DNA of 37,912 nucleotides, from the IMG/VR virus record IMGVR_UViG_3300022746_000010, positions 1-37,912 of that record, one strand, 5' to 3'. This document shows, one piece after another, positions 22,208-31,350 of the stretch. How positions within the stretch are numbered: position 1 is the first letter of the stretch; each line of letters starts with the position of its first letter. The notes under the pieces were generated by a model. The model did no database searches. It was not told the DNA's origin and saw only the letters and a program-made list of their open reading frames with translations. The position numbers and the translations under genes were made by a program. The DNA is from a virus.

Positions 22208-25200
22208 TTAGTAACCCTTGATGGACCAGGACGCGGTGCCGCTTACGCGCGTTCCAGAACTATTGAATAAGTATATCCGCATGCCTTGCGAGTACGTCGA
22301 CACGTTCCCGCTGGTGTTTGCGGTCGTCAGGGCCACCGTGTAGCTGTTCGCGTTCACGACGCTGGCCACAGTATAAACACCCGACAGCGCAGTGCCAGAC
22401 GTAAAACTCAGTCGGACCTTTTGACCCACGACTAAACCGTGCGCTGTTGCAGACACGGTACAGACGTTGGATGTGATCGAGTATGTCCCGCTAATTACCG
22501 CGTCTAAGAAGTCATACACGGCAGTTACCGGTGTTGTACCCGCAGGCGTCAGCGTGATGCTGGTCACGTCGATGAACTCGCGCGCGAAGTTCGCCACCGT
22601 GCCCGATGCGTCGGTCGACGCGCATGCGGTCGAACCGGCGTCGTTCTTCAGCTTGGCGTCCAGTGTGACGGACATTGCACTCAGCGTGAAAATGCCTTTG
22701 CCGTCCGCGTCGGTCGCAGTAAGCCGCACCTTCACGTATCGGAACGAAGTCGCATAAATCTGCGCGCTGCCTGTGTTCGTCACCCAGGTGCTACCGTCAG
22801 CCGATGTGCTGATCGTGACCGCCATGTTCGGCGTGCCTGCGATGACGCTGGCGGTATAGGCGATGGTCACGCGTGACGAAGCCAGCTGTGTGCCGAAATC
22901 GAAGGTTTCTTCGTAATAGCCAGGGCTGCTTGACGGCTGGATGAACACGGGGAAGCCCGCTGTCACCTGGTCGCCTGGTGCTGCCCAGCTGTGCGATGTG
23001 AAGTGGCTGGCGAATGTCTCGGTCGTGTTGACCGGCATCACCACGGCGCCGTTTTCCAAGAACGCCGACGACTTCGTGCCTGAAAACGTGCTGTTGAACT
23101 GGCCGTAAAACGTGAAGTCAGGCGGTTCGGACACCTTGGCCGTCACGCTGACAGCCGTGGACGGGTTGCCGTCGGTGTCGACCGTTGCGATCCAATACGT
23201 GTACGTGCCGCCCTGGGCTTCGTTGATCGTCGTGAACAGGCCGTCTTTGCGCCCGAAGTCGACGTCGTAGGACGCCCAACTGGTGCCCCTGCGGATCAGG
23301 TAGTGGCTGATCGGCAGTGTGGTGTTCGCTGGCTGACCCCAGAACAGCATCACGGTGTTGTCGACGACTTCGGCGCGGAAGTTTGTCGGGCTGTTCGGCA
23401 GCTGCTTTGTGACGGTCTGCGAATAGCCCGTGCTGATGTTGCCAAGCAGGTCGACGGTTTTCACGGTGATCGTGCGGTCGCCCACCCAGTCGGCAGGCAG
23501 CATGATGCCGTTCGATTTCACTGTCTTGCTGACTGCGCCATAGCTGACGACGTAGCCAGCCAGACCGTACTGCGGCGCCACATCGGACCAGGACAGCGTC
23601 ACCGTCGAACTGGTTGCGCTGGTGGCGTAGAACGATGTCGCGAAGCTGGCGATATTCGTCACAGCGCTGGACGTGAATGTCACGCTGGCCGACGTGCTGC
23701 TGTAGTTGCCCAGCGCGTCGATGGCGCGTGCGTAGTAGGTGACAGACGAACCGGCTGCGGGTGGCGCTGCCAGGAATGTCAACGCATCACCCTTGAACAC
23801 AGCGGTGGACGATGTGCCCCAGCCGGTGTCGGCGGTGCGGACTTCGAACTGGGCGACGGGCACCTGGGTGGAAATCGGCGAAGCTGGCTTCGACCAGGTG
23901 ATCTGCAGCTGCGTGCCTGTCACCGAAGCGGCCAGGCTGGAAATCGCGTTCGGCGCCCCCAGGGTGAACGTAGTGGTGGCCGAAGCTGCGCTGTAGTTAC
24001 CCAAGAAGTCGATGGCGCGCAGGTAGTACGTCTGCGGCGTGCCTGCTGCTGGCGCTGCTGCCTGTGTGCTGGTGGCCGAACCGCTGAACACAGCGCCTGC
24101 CGTGCCCCAGCCTGTGTCGCTGGTGCGGATTTCGTAGCCCACCACGTCCAGTTCGACGTTGGCCGACCAGGTCAGCGCCACAGCGTTGCCGCTGACGGTG
24201 TTCGCGAATCCGGTGGGCGATGCGGGTGCAGCCGAATAGTTCACCGACGCAGACACCCAGGCGCCGCGTCCGATGTTCACGCCGGCCACGCGCACCGATG
24301 CGCTGGCGTTGTAGTTCGCGGCCCAGCGATGTGCCGTGCCGTACTCGGTGGCCACAGCCGACCAGGTGGTGCCACCATCGAAGCTGATTTCGACGGCGTA
24401 ATGCTCGGCGCCTGGTGCCGCCTGCCAGCTGGCCACGTACTGCGGGGTCGCGCCAGTGACGTCAATGGCCAGCGTCAGGCCGGTGACGGTGGGCAGCGGC
24501 GCCGTGATGGGCAGCTGCGAGTATTTCAGCGCCGGTGCGGTCTGGCCGGTGTCGGCGGTGTGAACCGATGGGTCTTCGTTCACCGCAGTGATTTCGACCT
24601 GGTACGGGCCACGCGGCACGACGGACACGACACGGGCAGGCTGACGCCAGGTGTCGGCAGGTCCGAAGGCGATGTGCGTGCGTTCTTCGTCCAGGCCAGT
24701 GTACGGGGTAAAGCTGGGCGATGTGGCCAGCACCAGCACGTTCGGGCTGGCGCCTTGGGTGGCCACGAACGGGCCGTCGATTGAACCGTCGCGCTTGCGG
24801 ATGCCGACATAGTGCGTCGCGCCAGCGGTCCAGGTCAGCGTTTCGTTGGTGGTCAGCGTTTTCGTGCCAGACACCCAGCTGGTGACTTCAGCAGTTTGGC
24901 CCCATGCGGGCATGTCGTGCGCGATGGCGATCAGGTCGCCAAACGATGGGATGAAGCCTTCAGCCTCGGTGCTGAACTTGATCACCTTGCGGCGGTACTT
25001 GTTCGCAGCGGCCTGATACAGACCTTCGCGGAATGCCTGGGCGCGTTCGCTGACACCCAGCAGGCTGATCTTCGCGGGGTTGTCCGATGTGCCACCGGCC
25101 AGGACGCACGACACCGTGGTCTGCTGCCAGGTGTTCTTGTCGAAGTACGTGACGTTCACGCTGTCAGCGGTCATGCTGGTCGCCGTCATGTACTGAATCG

Positions 25201-27148
25201 ACATGCTGTTTTGCACGATGTTGCGCATCGAAAACAGCGCCACAGGAACGGTCGCGGCCTGGTCGCGGCAGACGTGCAGGATGCCGCCTTGCATGAACGG
25301 CTTGGTGCGGGCCACGGCGCCGATCTGTGTCAGCGCTTCCCACAGCGTCGAAGCGGTGTCGAACCGAACGTCCAGGTAGTCACCACGCGCGGCCAGCGTC
25401 TGGTCCAGCGCATACAGGGCGGCCCAGTCGATGTTTGCCGACGACAGCTTGCCGCCGTAGACGGTATTCATCGCGGCGTCAGCAAGGGCTGCAGCCACCG
25501 AACGCGTGGCGCTGGTGGTGGACGACAGGCCGGTCGCTGTGACGGTTTTCAGCTTGCGGGTGGCGATGACGTTGATCTGACGGGCAGACTGCGACGACAG
25601 GTTGTTCGTGGCCTGCGCACGCACCGCCAGCAGCGTGATGTTGCCATAGTTCGCCGTGTTCGGCATGTACGCACGCATGCCAGCCCAGTCGATGTCGTGA
25701 CCTGCGCGGGTGCTGGTGTCTTTCGCATCCAAGCGGAATGCACGGACCTGGAAGCGTGGGTAAGTCTGGCCACCGCTGATCGCCGACACGTCGAACTTGT
25801 ATGAATTCCTGATCGGTGTCGTGGTGGCGCCAGTGATCGAAATCAAGCTGGATGCGACCAGCGTGCGCGTGCGCGTGATCACATAATCGCCGTCGTCGCT
25901 GCTGGCTGTCTGATACTGCGCTGTGTCAGTATTAGCTGGAACATGCGTCCAGTCCCATGAATAAAAATTCCAGTTGCCCCAGTCGGTGTACGCGTTGTCG
26001 CCGGTTAGTGTCGTCCACGAACCAATGGGACTGCCTGCCTGGTCGACCAGCCTGGCTTCCACTCTGAACTGGGCCGTCTTGCTGGCCAGGCTGCCGTTGT
26101 CGTTCGCGTAGTACAGGCCGCGCGGACACACCACGTCGATGCCGATGGATTTGCAGACTGTGGTCGGTGCGTTCACAGTGAACGGGCCGATGGACGTGGC
26201 CACGATCACGTTGCCGCTGGTTGTTCTCGATGTCGATGTGACGGTGAACGTGTCCAGCGTGGGCGCTGTGGCCACCGTGTAGACGCCGCTGGTGGCCGCG
26301 CCGCTGGTGATGTTCAAATAGACGTTGCTGCCGGTCGTGTAGCCGTGCGCGGTGGCGGTGACGGTGATCGTGGTGCCGGTCTGCGAGTATGTGCCAGCCT
26401 CGGACAAGAATTCCTGGCCAGACACTTCGGACGATTGCACCACGTTCGCAGGGAACAGGGTAGGGACTGCGCCAGGCAGAACCACTTCGTATTGCACGCC
26501 GTTGAACGAACTGATCGCGCTGTCAGCGATCTGGATCGCTTCGATGCTGTAGTCGCCCTGGCCAATGCACAGCAGCTGATACAGGTATTGCTCGTTGTTC
26601 GCGTATTCGACATACGGCTGCGCCGCGAAGTCAGGGAACACGCGCAGGCGACCGTATTGAACGGGGATGGCCTGGCCAAGCCGTGCGGCGTTGCCTTGCG
26701 CCTGGATGTTGTAGGTCGGGCTGGCGGCAGGTGTTGCCGCGTTCGACATACTGCTGGCCGTCACCGGTGGCGCGATGGCGTTCACCAGCATGGAACCTCC
26801 GACGACAATGGCAGCGGTGCCGATGGTGGCCGCGATGCCGGTCAGTCCCAGCATGGCAGGGCCGACCAGGTACGGTGCAGCGACAAGCACAGCCAGCAGC
26901 AGCACGGTGTTCAGTGGGTTCGATCCACCGCCACCACCGCCTTGCGGCAGCATCATAAACGTGACGATCTGATCGCCACCGACGCTGCGGTCCCAGTCCT
27001 TGCGCAGCACGATGTCGCCATCGACCATCGCGATGAACGGTTTGTCGGTCTTGGGCGCCAGGTTGCAAATACGGCGGCGGTTTTTCACCACGCGCACTTC
27101 GCGGTGGCGTAATGGATGGAAGGGATCGTGGACCGTTACGACGTGCAT
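22208..27148 (-). CDS. Central tail fibre / host-specificity protein: gpI-like N-terminal module fused in frame to a gpJ-like protein with an Fn3 array
   Basis: ATG at 27148, giving 1646 aa. The ORF-track start at 27232 would overlap most of the NlpC/P60 gene tail. The N-terminus is collinear with lambda gpI (G-rich QGGGGGGS, hydrophobic stretch, IPVQYGRLRV). J-like core segments and tandem Fn3-like repeats follow. Confidence 0.88.
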   Translation of the reverse strand: MHVVTVHDPFHPLRHREVRVVKNRRRICNLAPKTDKPFIAMVDGDIVLRKDWDRSVGGDQIVTFMMLPQGGGGGGSNPLNTVLLLAVLVAAPYLVGPAMLGLTGIAATIGTAAIVVGGSMLVNAIAPPVTASSMSNAATPAASPTYNIQAQGNAARLGQAIPVQYGRLRVFPDFAAQPYVEYANNEQYLYQLLCIGQGDYSIEAIQIADSAISSFNGVQYEVVLPGAVPTLFPANVVQSSEVSGQEFLSEAGTYSQTGTTITVTATAHGYTTGSNVYLNITSGAATSGVYTVATAPTLDTFTVTSTSRTTSGNVIVATSIGPFTVNAPTTVCKSIGIDVVCPRGLYYANDNGSLASKTAQFRVEARLVDQAGSPIGSWTTLTGDNAYTDWGNWNFYSWDWTHVPANTDTAQYQTASSDDGDYVITRTRTLVASSLISITGATTTPIRNSYKFDVSAISGGQTYPRFQVRAFRLDAKDTSTRAGHDIDWAGMRAYMPNTANYGNITLLAVRAQATNNLSSQSARQINVIATRKLKTVTATGLSSTTSATRSVAAALADAAMNTVYGGKLSSANIDWAALYALDQTLAARGDYLDVRFDTASTLWEALTQIGAVARTKPFMQGGILHVCRDQAATVPVALFSMRNIVQNSMSIQYMTATSMTADSVNVTYFDKNTWQQTTVSCVLAGGTSDNPAKISLLGVSERAQAFREGLYQAAANKYRRKVIKFSTEAEGFIPSFGDLIAIAHDMPAWGQTAEVTSWVSGTKTLTTNETLTWTAGATHYVGIRKRDGSIDGPFVATQGASPNVLVLATSPSFTPYTGLDEERTHIAFGPADTWRQPARVVSVVPRGPYQVEITAVNEDPSVHTADTGQTAPALKYSQLPITAPLPTVTGLTLAIDVTGATPQYVASWQAAPGAEHYAVEISFDGGTTWSAVATEYGTAHRWAANYNASASVRVAGVNIGRGAWVSASVNYSAAPASPTGFANTVSGNAVALTWSANVELDVVGYEIRTSDTGWGTAGAVFSGSATSTQAAAPAAGTPQTYYLRAIDFLGNYSAASATTTFTLGAPNAISSLAASVTGTQLQITWSKPASPISTQVPVAQFEVRTADTGWGTSSTAVFKGDALTFLAAPPAAGSSVTYYARAIDALGNYSSTSASVTFTSSAVTNIASFATSFYATSATSSTVTLSWSDVAPQYGLAGYVVSYGAVSKTVKSNGIMLPADWVGDRTITVKTVDLLGNISTGYSQTVTKQLPNSPTNFRAEVVDNTVMLFWGQPANTTLPISHYLIRRGTSWASYDVDFGRKDGLFTTINEAQGGTYTYWIATVDTDGNPSTAVSVTAKVSEPPDFTFYGQFNSTFSGTKSSAFLENGAVVMPVNTTETFASHFTSHSWAAPGDQVTAGFPVFIQPSSSPGYYEETFDFGTQLASSRVTIAYTASVIAGTPNMAVTISTSADGSTWVTNTGSAQIYATSFRYVKVRLTATDADGKGIFTLSAMSVTLDAKLKNDAGSTACASTDASGTVANFAREFIDVTSITLTPAGTTPVTAVYDFLDAVISGTYSITSNVCTVSATAHGLVVGQKVRLSFTSGTALSGVYTVASVVNANSYTVALTTANTSGNVSTYSQGMRIYLFNSSGTRVSGTASWSIKGY
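23140..24460 (-). repeat. Tandem Fn3-like protein repeats (5-6 copies) within the J-like gene
   Basis: Recurring pattern ...LTWS....V.GYE(I/V)RT(S/A)DTGWGT....F.G.......AP.AG....YY.RAID.LGNYS. Two adjacent copies are about 60% identical. Confidence 0.6.
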
Positions 27149-27525
27149 TTTTTGTAAAACTCCATGCCATGCCATCCGGCTGCACGCATTGCGCTGACGT
27201 TCTGGAAAACGACACCAGAACCTTCGAGACAATGCAGGACGCCACCACCGTCGGCGTCAATCCAAACCCCGACATGGGATGGGTGTTTTGACTGTGAAAG
27301 CAGTACCGCGTCGCCTTCCTGCGGCTTTTCCACATGATACCAGTTCGACCGTTCTTCATGCCCCGTGAACGCGCGCACGCACGCCAGCTTGTTGCAGGCG
27401 TCGACGTCGACAGCGGGCACGTCCTGGCCGAACTGTTCACGCCACACGCGGCGCGCAAACGCCCAGCAGTCGTGCTCGCCAGCCACCCAGGGTTCGCCGA
27501 TGTACTGGACGGCCCAGTGCGTCAT
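27136..27525 (-). CDS. Tail-associated NlpC/P60 cysteine peptidase (lambda gpK C-domain-like)
   Basis: 129 aa. Catalytic Cys context GEHDCWAF and His context PSHVGVW. ATGA overlap with the upstream gene. Confidence 0.82.
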   Translation of the reverse strand: MTHWAVQYIGEPWVAGEHDCWAFARRVWREQFGQDVPAVDVDACNKLACVRAFTGHEERSNWYHVEKPQEGDAVLLSQSKHPSHVGVWIDADGGGVLHCLEGSGVVFQNVSAMRAAGWHGMEFYKKCTS

Positions 27526-28046
27526 GGCTGCAAGCCTGGGAAGGTGTCCAGCGTGTACATCTGCGACGGGAACTTGCGGTTCACCATGTCGCCGAACGTG
27601 GCTGTGGCCGTCACCTTGAACACGTCAGCGGTCATGCTGATGACCGTCAGCGTCATGGGTGGGTTGTTCTGTGGCGCCGACAGGTCGGACGACAAGAACA
27701 GGCGGTAAATCACCGTGATGGGCTGATTGCTCGAAATCGCCAGTTCAAGATTCGAAACGATCTCGCGGCTGACGTTGTCGATGGTGATCTGGCACTGGGG
27801 CACACCGGTGGCCGACACTTCGGGCGGCACGATGTCGAACGCGAAGCCGACAAACAGAACCGTCTGGCTGGCATCGCGCGGCGCCGTGCTTTCCAGCGTG
27901 GCCGACAGGTCGACGAAGTCGCGCACGACGCGGATCGGCGCCGTGAATGCTGGGTGGTAAAGTTCCAGCGTGTGGTACGCCACCTGCGTGGTGGGCGCCG
28001 ACGCGTAGGCTTCTTTCAGGGCTTGGGATAGGGTGCTGTCAGGCAT
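27522..28046 (-). CDS. Minor tail protein, DUF1833-like (gpL position)
   Basis: 174 aa. Pattern: YHTLELYHPAF..PIRVV. It sits between the M-like and K-like genes. Confidence 0.65.
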   Translation of the reverse strand: MPDSTLSQALKEAYASAPTTQVAYHTLELYHPAFTAPIRVVRDFVDLSATLESTAPRDASQTVLFVGFAFDIVPPEVSATGVPQCQITIDNVSREIVSNLELAISSNQPITVIYRLFLSSDLSAPQNNPPMTLTVISMTADVFKVTATATFGDMVNRKFPSQMYTLDTFPGLQP

Positions 28047-28398
28047 ATCGCACTTCCAGCTGGGCCTGGACCTGCCACAGCAGGTTCGGCATCGGTTGCG
28101 CGTTGTAGGGCGCCAAGAACCGTGCCGTGACCGTTGTCAGGCCCGTCTGACCCACCGCCAGGTTGATCGCAAACCAGGACGCACCAGCTGCGCCGTCGCC
28201 GTAGAACCAGGTTTTGAACGTGGCCATCTCAGCGTCGGTGAACAGCCACTGCAGCGAAACGTGGTCGATCTTGGCAGTCGAACGCAGACGCGCGCGCGCC
28301 GTGCCGACTTCCATGTTTGTGCGAACGACCTGGTCCTGCGCCGACGTCTGATAGCTAGACGTCATGGGCGACGGTAGCGTCGATGGAAAAGTTGCCAT
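28039..28398 (-). CDS. Minor tail protein (gpM position / distal tail)
   Basis: 119 aa, immediately after the tape measure gene. Assignment is mainly positional. Confidence 0.5.
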   Translation of the reverse strand: MATFPSTLPSPMTSSYQTSAQDQVVRTNMEVGTARARLRSTAKIDHVSLQWLFTDAEMATFKTWFYGDGAAGASWFAINLAVGQTGLTTVTARFLAPYNAQPMPNLLWQVQAQLEVRYA

Positions 28399-30605
28399 TA
28401 ATATGCCCCTGCAGCGCGGTTTGCGCCGTATGTTCGTTCAAGCGCCGACGTAACCACGCCAGTGCCGCGTGTGATGTCAGCAGCGATGGCCGACTTCACT
28501 TGTTCGATCATCACGTCGATGACGCGGTTGCCGTTGTTGTCGGTGCGTTCTTTGGTGGTCGCTGTGCCGCCACCGTTGTTCATCACGTTGACGATGACAC
28601 CCTGGCCACCACCGCCGGTCATGTTGACAGGGATCGACCGGCCATCGGGCAGTGGCACGTATGCTTCGGGCGTCTTGCCTTCGCCGAACATGGCCAACTG
28701 CGGGCTGCTTGCGATGCCGCCGCTGGCGTATTTGTTCAGCGGCAGCGAACCGCTGCTGGTCATAATGCCGCCGTTTGCGAAGCCGAACATCTTGGCGATG
28801 CTGGCGCCCATGTCACCGCTGCCCATCGCAGCCGCCAGTGGCTTGGTGATGCTGTTCTGAATCTGGATGCGGATCAGGTCGCTGATGATGCTGTCGGCCA
28901 GTTTGCCAAAATCCAGTTTGCCGGTTTTCACGAAGTTCACCAGCGCGTCTTCCATGCCCTTGAACGCGTTCCCGAACAGCGTTTTCGCCTGGTTCGCTGC
29001 GCTGGCCGCGCTGTCGACGTAGTCGTTCATCGCCTGCTGCCAGCCGGTCGTGAACTGGTTCTGCTTGTCGTATTTTTGGTCGATCAATTCCTGGCGCTTT
29101 TTCAGCAGGCGGTCATATTCTTCGGTGTTCTTTTTGATGCCCGCGTTTTCCAACTCGATGCCCACCAGCAGCTTGTCGCGTTCGCGCGCCGACAGCGTCA
29201 TCGCCTCGGTTTCGGCGGCCATCTTCTTGTTGGCGTTCTCAAACGTCAGCGCGGCCATTGCCACGCGCAGTTTTTGCGAATAGTCGTCGACCTGCTTGGC
29301 CAGTTCGACCAGCTTGTCTTTTTGCCCTTGCGCCAGTTCGACGAACTTGCCCTGCTTCGCGGTGGTGTCGAACTGCATCTGCGCTTCTTTGGCAGTCGTG
29401 ATGCGGTCCTGGAATTCCTTGACGTGTTCAGCCTGGAACTGAAGTTTCGCAGCCTCGACACTCAGGTCGCGGATGGCGTTTTTGTATAAATCGACCTTGC
29501 CGGTATCCAGCGCACTGTCGTCGATGACCTTGCCGACTTTGATTTCGGGCGCGGTGTCGGCGCGCTGGCGCGCTTTGATTTCCTCGGTGGTGCCCTGGCC
29601 AAACACCAGCGAGTTTTTCAGCAGCTTGTCGTGGAACGCCCGCATGTCTTCGGCGCGTTCTTTTGCACGCTGCACCCATTCCTTGCCCAGCTGGTCAACC
29701 CTGTCGAAGTCGCCAGTCACGAACGCAAGGACTTGCTTGCCGCCGGTCAGCACCGTGTCGACCGTCTGTTTTAAACCGATCCACAGGTCATAAACCGCGA
29801 CCGTAGTCAGGCGCGCAGCCTCGCCCACGTAGTCCATGAACCCTGCCACGTCTGGCTTTGTTTTCGCCATGTCCAAGAACGCGCTGGCGATTTCCTGCAG
29901 CGTGGGCAGCAGTTCGCTGACCATCGACGTGGTCATCAGCTTCGTTTTGGCGCGGATCATTGTCAGCGTGTCGTTGAAATTCTCGGCGCGCGCGGCAAAG
30001 TCCTTGGACATCTTGACGCCCAGTTCTTCGATGGCGTCGCGGCCCATGTTCAGCATCGGGATCATCTCGATGCCAGCTTTGCCGAACAGGTCGACAGCCA
30101 GGCGCGCTTTCGTCGGGCCGTCGGCCATCTTGCTGAACGCGTCGGATGTGCGCAGCAGCAGTTCTTCGACCGACGTGCTTTTCAGGTCCTTGGCACTGAT
30201 GCCCAGGACGCTGAACGCCGCAGCGATTTCCTTGCTGCCGGTGTTGGCCTTGCTGACGGCCACTTCGTATTTGCCGAACGCCTTCGCCATGTCTTCGATG
30301 GCCACGTCGGACAGCTTGGCAGCCTGGGAAAACATCGACAGGGTTTCAACACTGACGCCGGTTTTCTGCGACAGCTTGTTCATCTTGTCGCCAGCGTCGA
30401 TCACGTTTTCGACCATGTCGGCCAACTTCATCACGCCAACTGCGGCAGCCAGGCCAGCGAACGCACCTTTCAGTGCGGTGAACTTGCCGATCATGCCGTT
30501 GACTGAACCGCTGACGCCTTCCAGTGAATTCTTCAGCTGGTCGACAGCAGACTGGCCAGTGACCTGGGCTGAAATCTTAAATGCGACGTCTTGGTTCAGT
30601 GCCAT
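28398..30605 (-). CDS. Tail tape measure protein
   Basis: 735 aa, helical and rich in Ala/Lys/Glu, with a Gly-rich C-terminus. It follows the chaperone pair. Confidence 0.9.
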   Translation of the reverse strand: MALNQDVAFKISAQVTGQSAVDQLKNSLEGVSGSVNGMIGKFTALKGAFAGLAAAVGVMKLADMVENVIDAGDKMNKLSQKTGVSVETLSMFSQAAKLSDVAIEDMAKAFGKYEVAVSKANTGSKEIAAAFSVLGISAKDLKSTSVEELLLRTSDAFSKMADGPTKARLAVDLFGKAGIEMIPMLNMGRDAIEELGVKMSKDFAARAENFNDTLTMIRAKTKLMTTSMVSELLPTLQEIASAFLDMAKTKPDVAGFMDYVGEAARLTTVAVYDLWIGLKQTVDTVLTGGKQVLAFVTGDFDRVDQLGKEWVQRAKERAEDMRAFHDKLLKNSLVFGQGTTEEIKARQRADTAPEIKVGKVIDDSALDTGKVDLYKNAIRDLSVEAAKLQFQAEHVKEFQDRITTAKEAQMQFDTTAKQGKFVELAQGQKDKLVELAKQVDDYSQKLRVAMAALTFENANKKMAAETEAMTLSARERDKLLVGIELENAGIKKNTEEYDRLLKKRQELIDQKYDKQNQFTTGWQQAMNDYVDSAASAANQAKTLFGNAFKGMEDALVNFVKTGKLDFGKLADSIISDLIRIQIQNSITKPLAAAMGSGDMGASIAKMFGFANGGIMTSSGSLPLNKYASGGIASSPQLAMFGEGKTPEAYVPLPDGRSIPVNMTGGGGQGVIVNVMNNGGGTATTKERTDNNGNRVIDVMIEQVKSAIAADITRGTGVVTSALERTYGANRAAGAY

Positions 30606-30610
30606 GTTGG

Positions 30611-31287
30611 TCAGTCTTTGGAGTTGATGATCTGCAGCGCGGTCACTTCCATGACCTGCAAGTCGGCCAGCATTTCGCGCTGGTTCTCGACACCTTCGAT
30701 TTTAAACAAGAACTCGATGGACTGGTAATTCAGGCCGACCACGCCGCCCATGCTTGTCAGCCATTGCGTCTGCAGGCGCATGAACATGGCCACCACCGGC
30801 CAGTTTTCTTCGTGGACTTCGAAGTCGCGACTAGGGCTTGAATCCTGAACGGCGACGACGATGTCCGATGATGCACCCATCACGGCCAAGTCGTCGGCCA
30901 TTTCGTCTTTGACGCCGCCACCTGCCCAGTGGCGTGCGGCGTCTTCTAGTTTTTTCGCTTTGCGCCGGTGAGAGAATTCATCCAAGCCATCACGACAGCA
31001 GACGCCACCAGTGGCACGTCCAGCAGCTGGTCGCGGGTGCCTTCAGCGAACGGCACAGCGTCGCCATTGGCATCGGTGACACCAGCCCAGCCGGTCAGCA
31101 CTTCACGCGCCAGGTCAATGTCGGTGATGTCGCCGCTTTCAATCTTCGCTTTGATCTCGGCCATGCGCGACTGGGGCACGCGCTTGAACTCAGCGTCGAA
31201 CGTCTGTTTCTCGCTCTTGCCACCGTCGACTGGGAATTCGACGGCGACCGGCCAGGTGTATGAAGTCTTTTGTGAAATTACGAACAT
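30611..31287 (-). CDS. Predicted -1 frameshift fusion of the tail assembly chaperones (GT-like, about 225 aa)
   Basis: The downstream ORF (DUF1799-like: ENWPVVAMFMRLQTQW...GLNYQSIEFLF) is open in the -1 frame from 30985. The slip site lies just before the G stop. Confidence 0.6.
30946..31287 (-). CDS. Tail assembly chaperone (gpG-like)
   Basis: 113 aa, located between the tail tube and tape measure genes. Confidence 0.7.
   Translation of the reverse strand: MFVISQKTSYTWPVAVEFPVDGGKSEKQTFDAEFKRVPQSRMAEIKAKIESGDITDIDLAREVLTGWAGVTDANGDAVPFAEGTRDQLLDVPLVASAVVMAWMNSLTGAKRKN
30949..30955 (-). other. Slippery heptamer A_AAA_AAC for -1 programmed frameshifting
   Basis: Minus strand reads GCA AAG CGA AAA AAC TAG. 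The -1 frame continues AAA AAA CTA GAA GAC (..KK LED..). Confidence 0.6.
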
Positions 31288-31350
31288 TTTTTCCCCTTCT
31301 TAAAAGCAGCAGCGGCCTGGTGGCCGCTGCGTTGTTGAACTCGTTGTCGC

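Noticed and set aside
22208-24460. A diversity-generating retroelement targeting the J-like or fibre C-termini
   Set aside because: There is no reverse transcriptase gene, and no template-repeat copy of the C-terminal coding regions was seen elsewhere in the window.
23303-24784. Long plus-strand ORF (493 aa) and similar antisense ORFs at 34135-35421, 19701-20885, 28383-29489, 9958-10890, 24812-25804 and 15451-16716
   Set aside because: All lie antisense to genes with clear family-level identity. Their translations are Arg/Gly/His/Val-rich low-complexity strings typical of open antisense frames in high-GC DNA. None has the AAGGGGA/GGGGTG plus 4 nt start context used by real genes here.
27149-27232. 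N-terminal extensions suggested by the ORF track (J-like ORF from 27232, helicase from 12679, Sak4-like from 13821, 8353-ORF from 8799, gp10-like from 3503)
   Set aside because: The extensions overlap the preceding well-supported genes and have atypical Arg-rich composition. Internal starts with an SD and ATGA coupling fit the genome-wide pattern.
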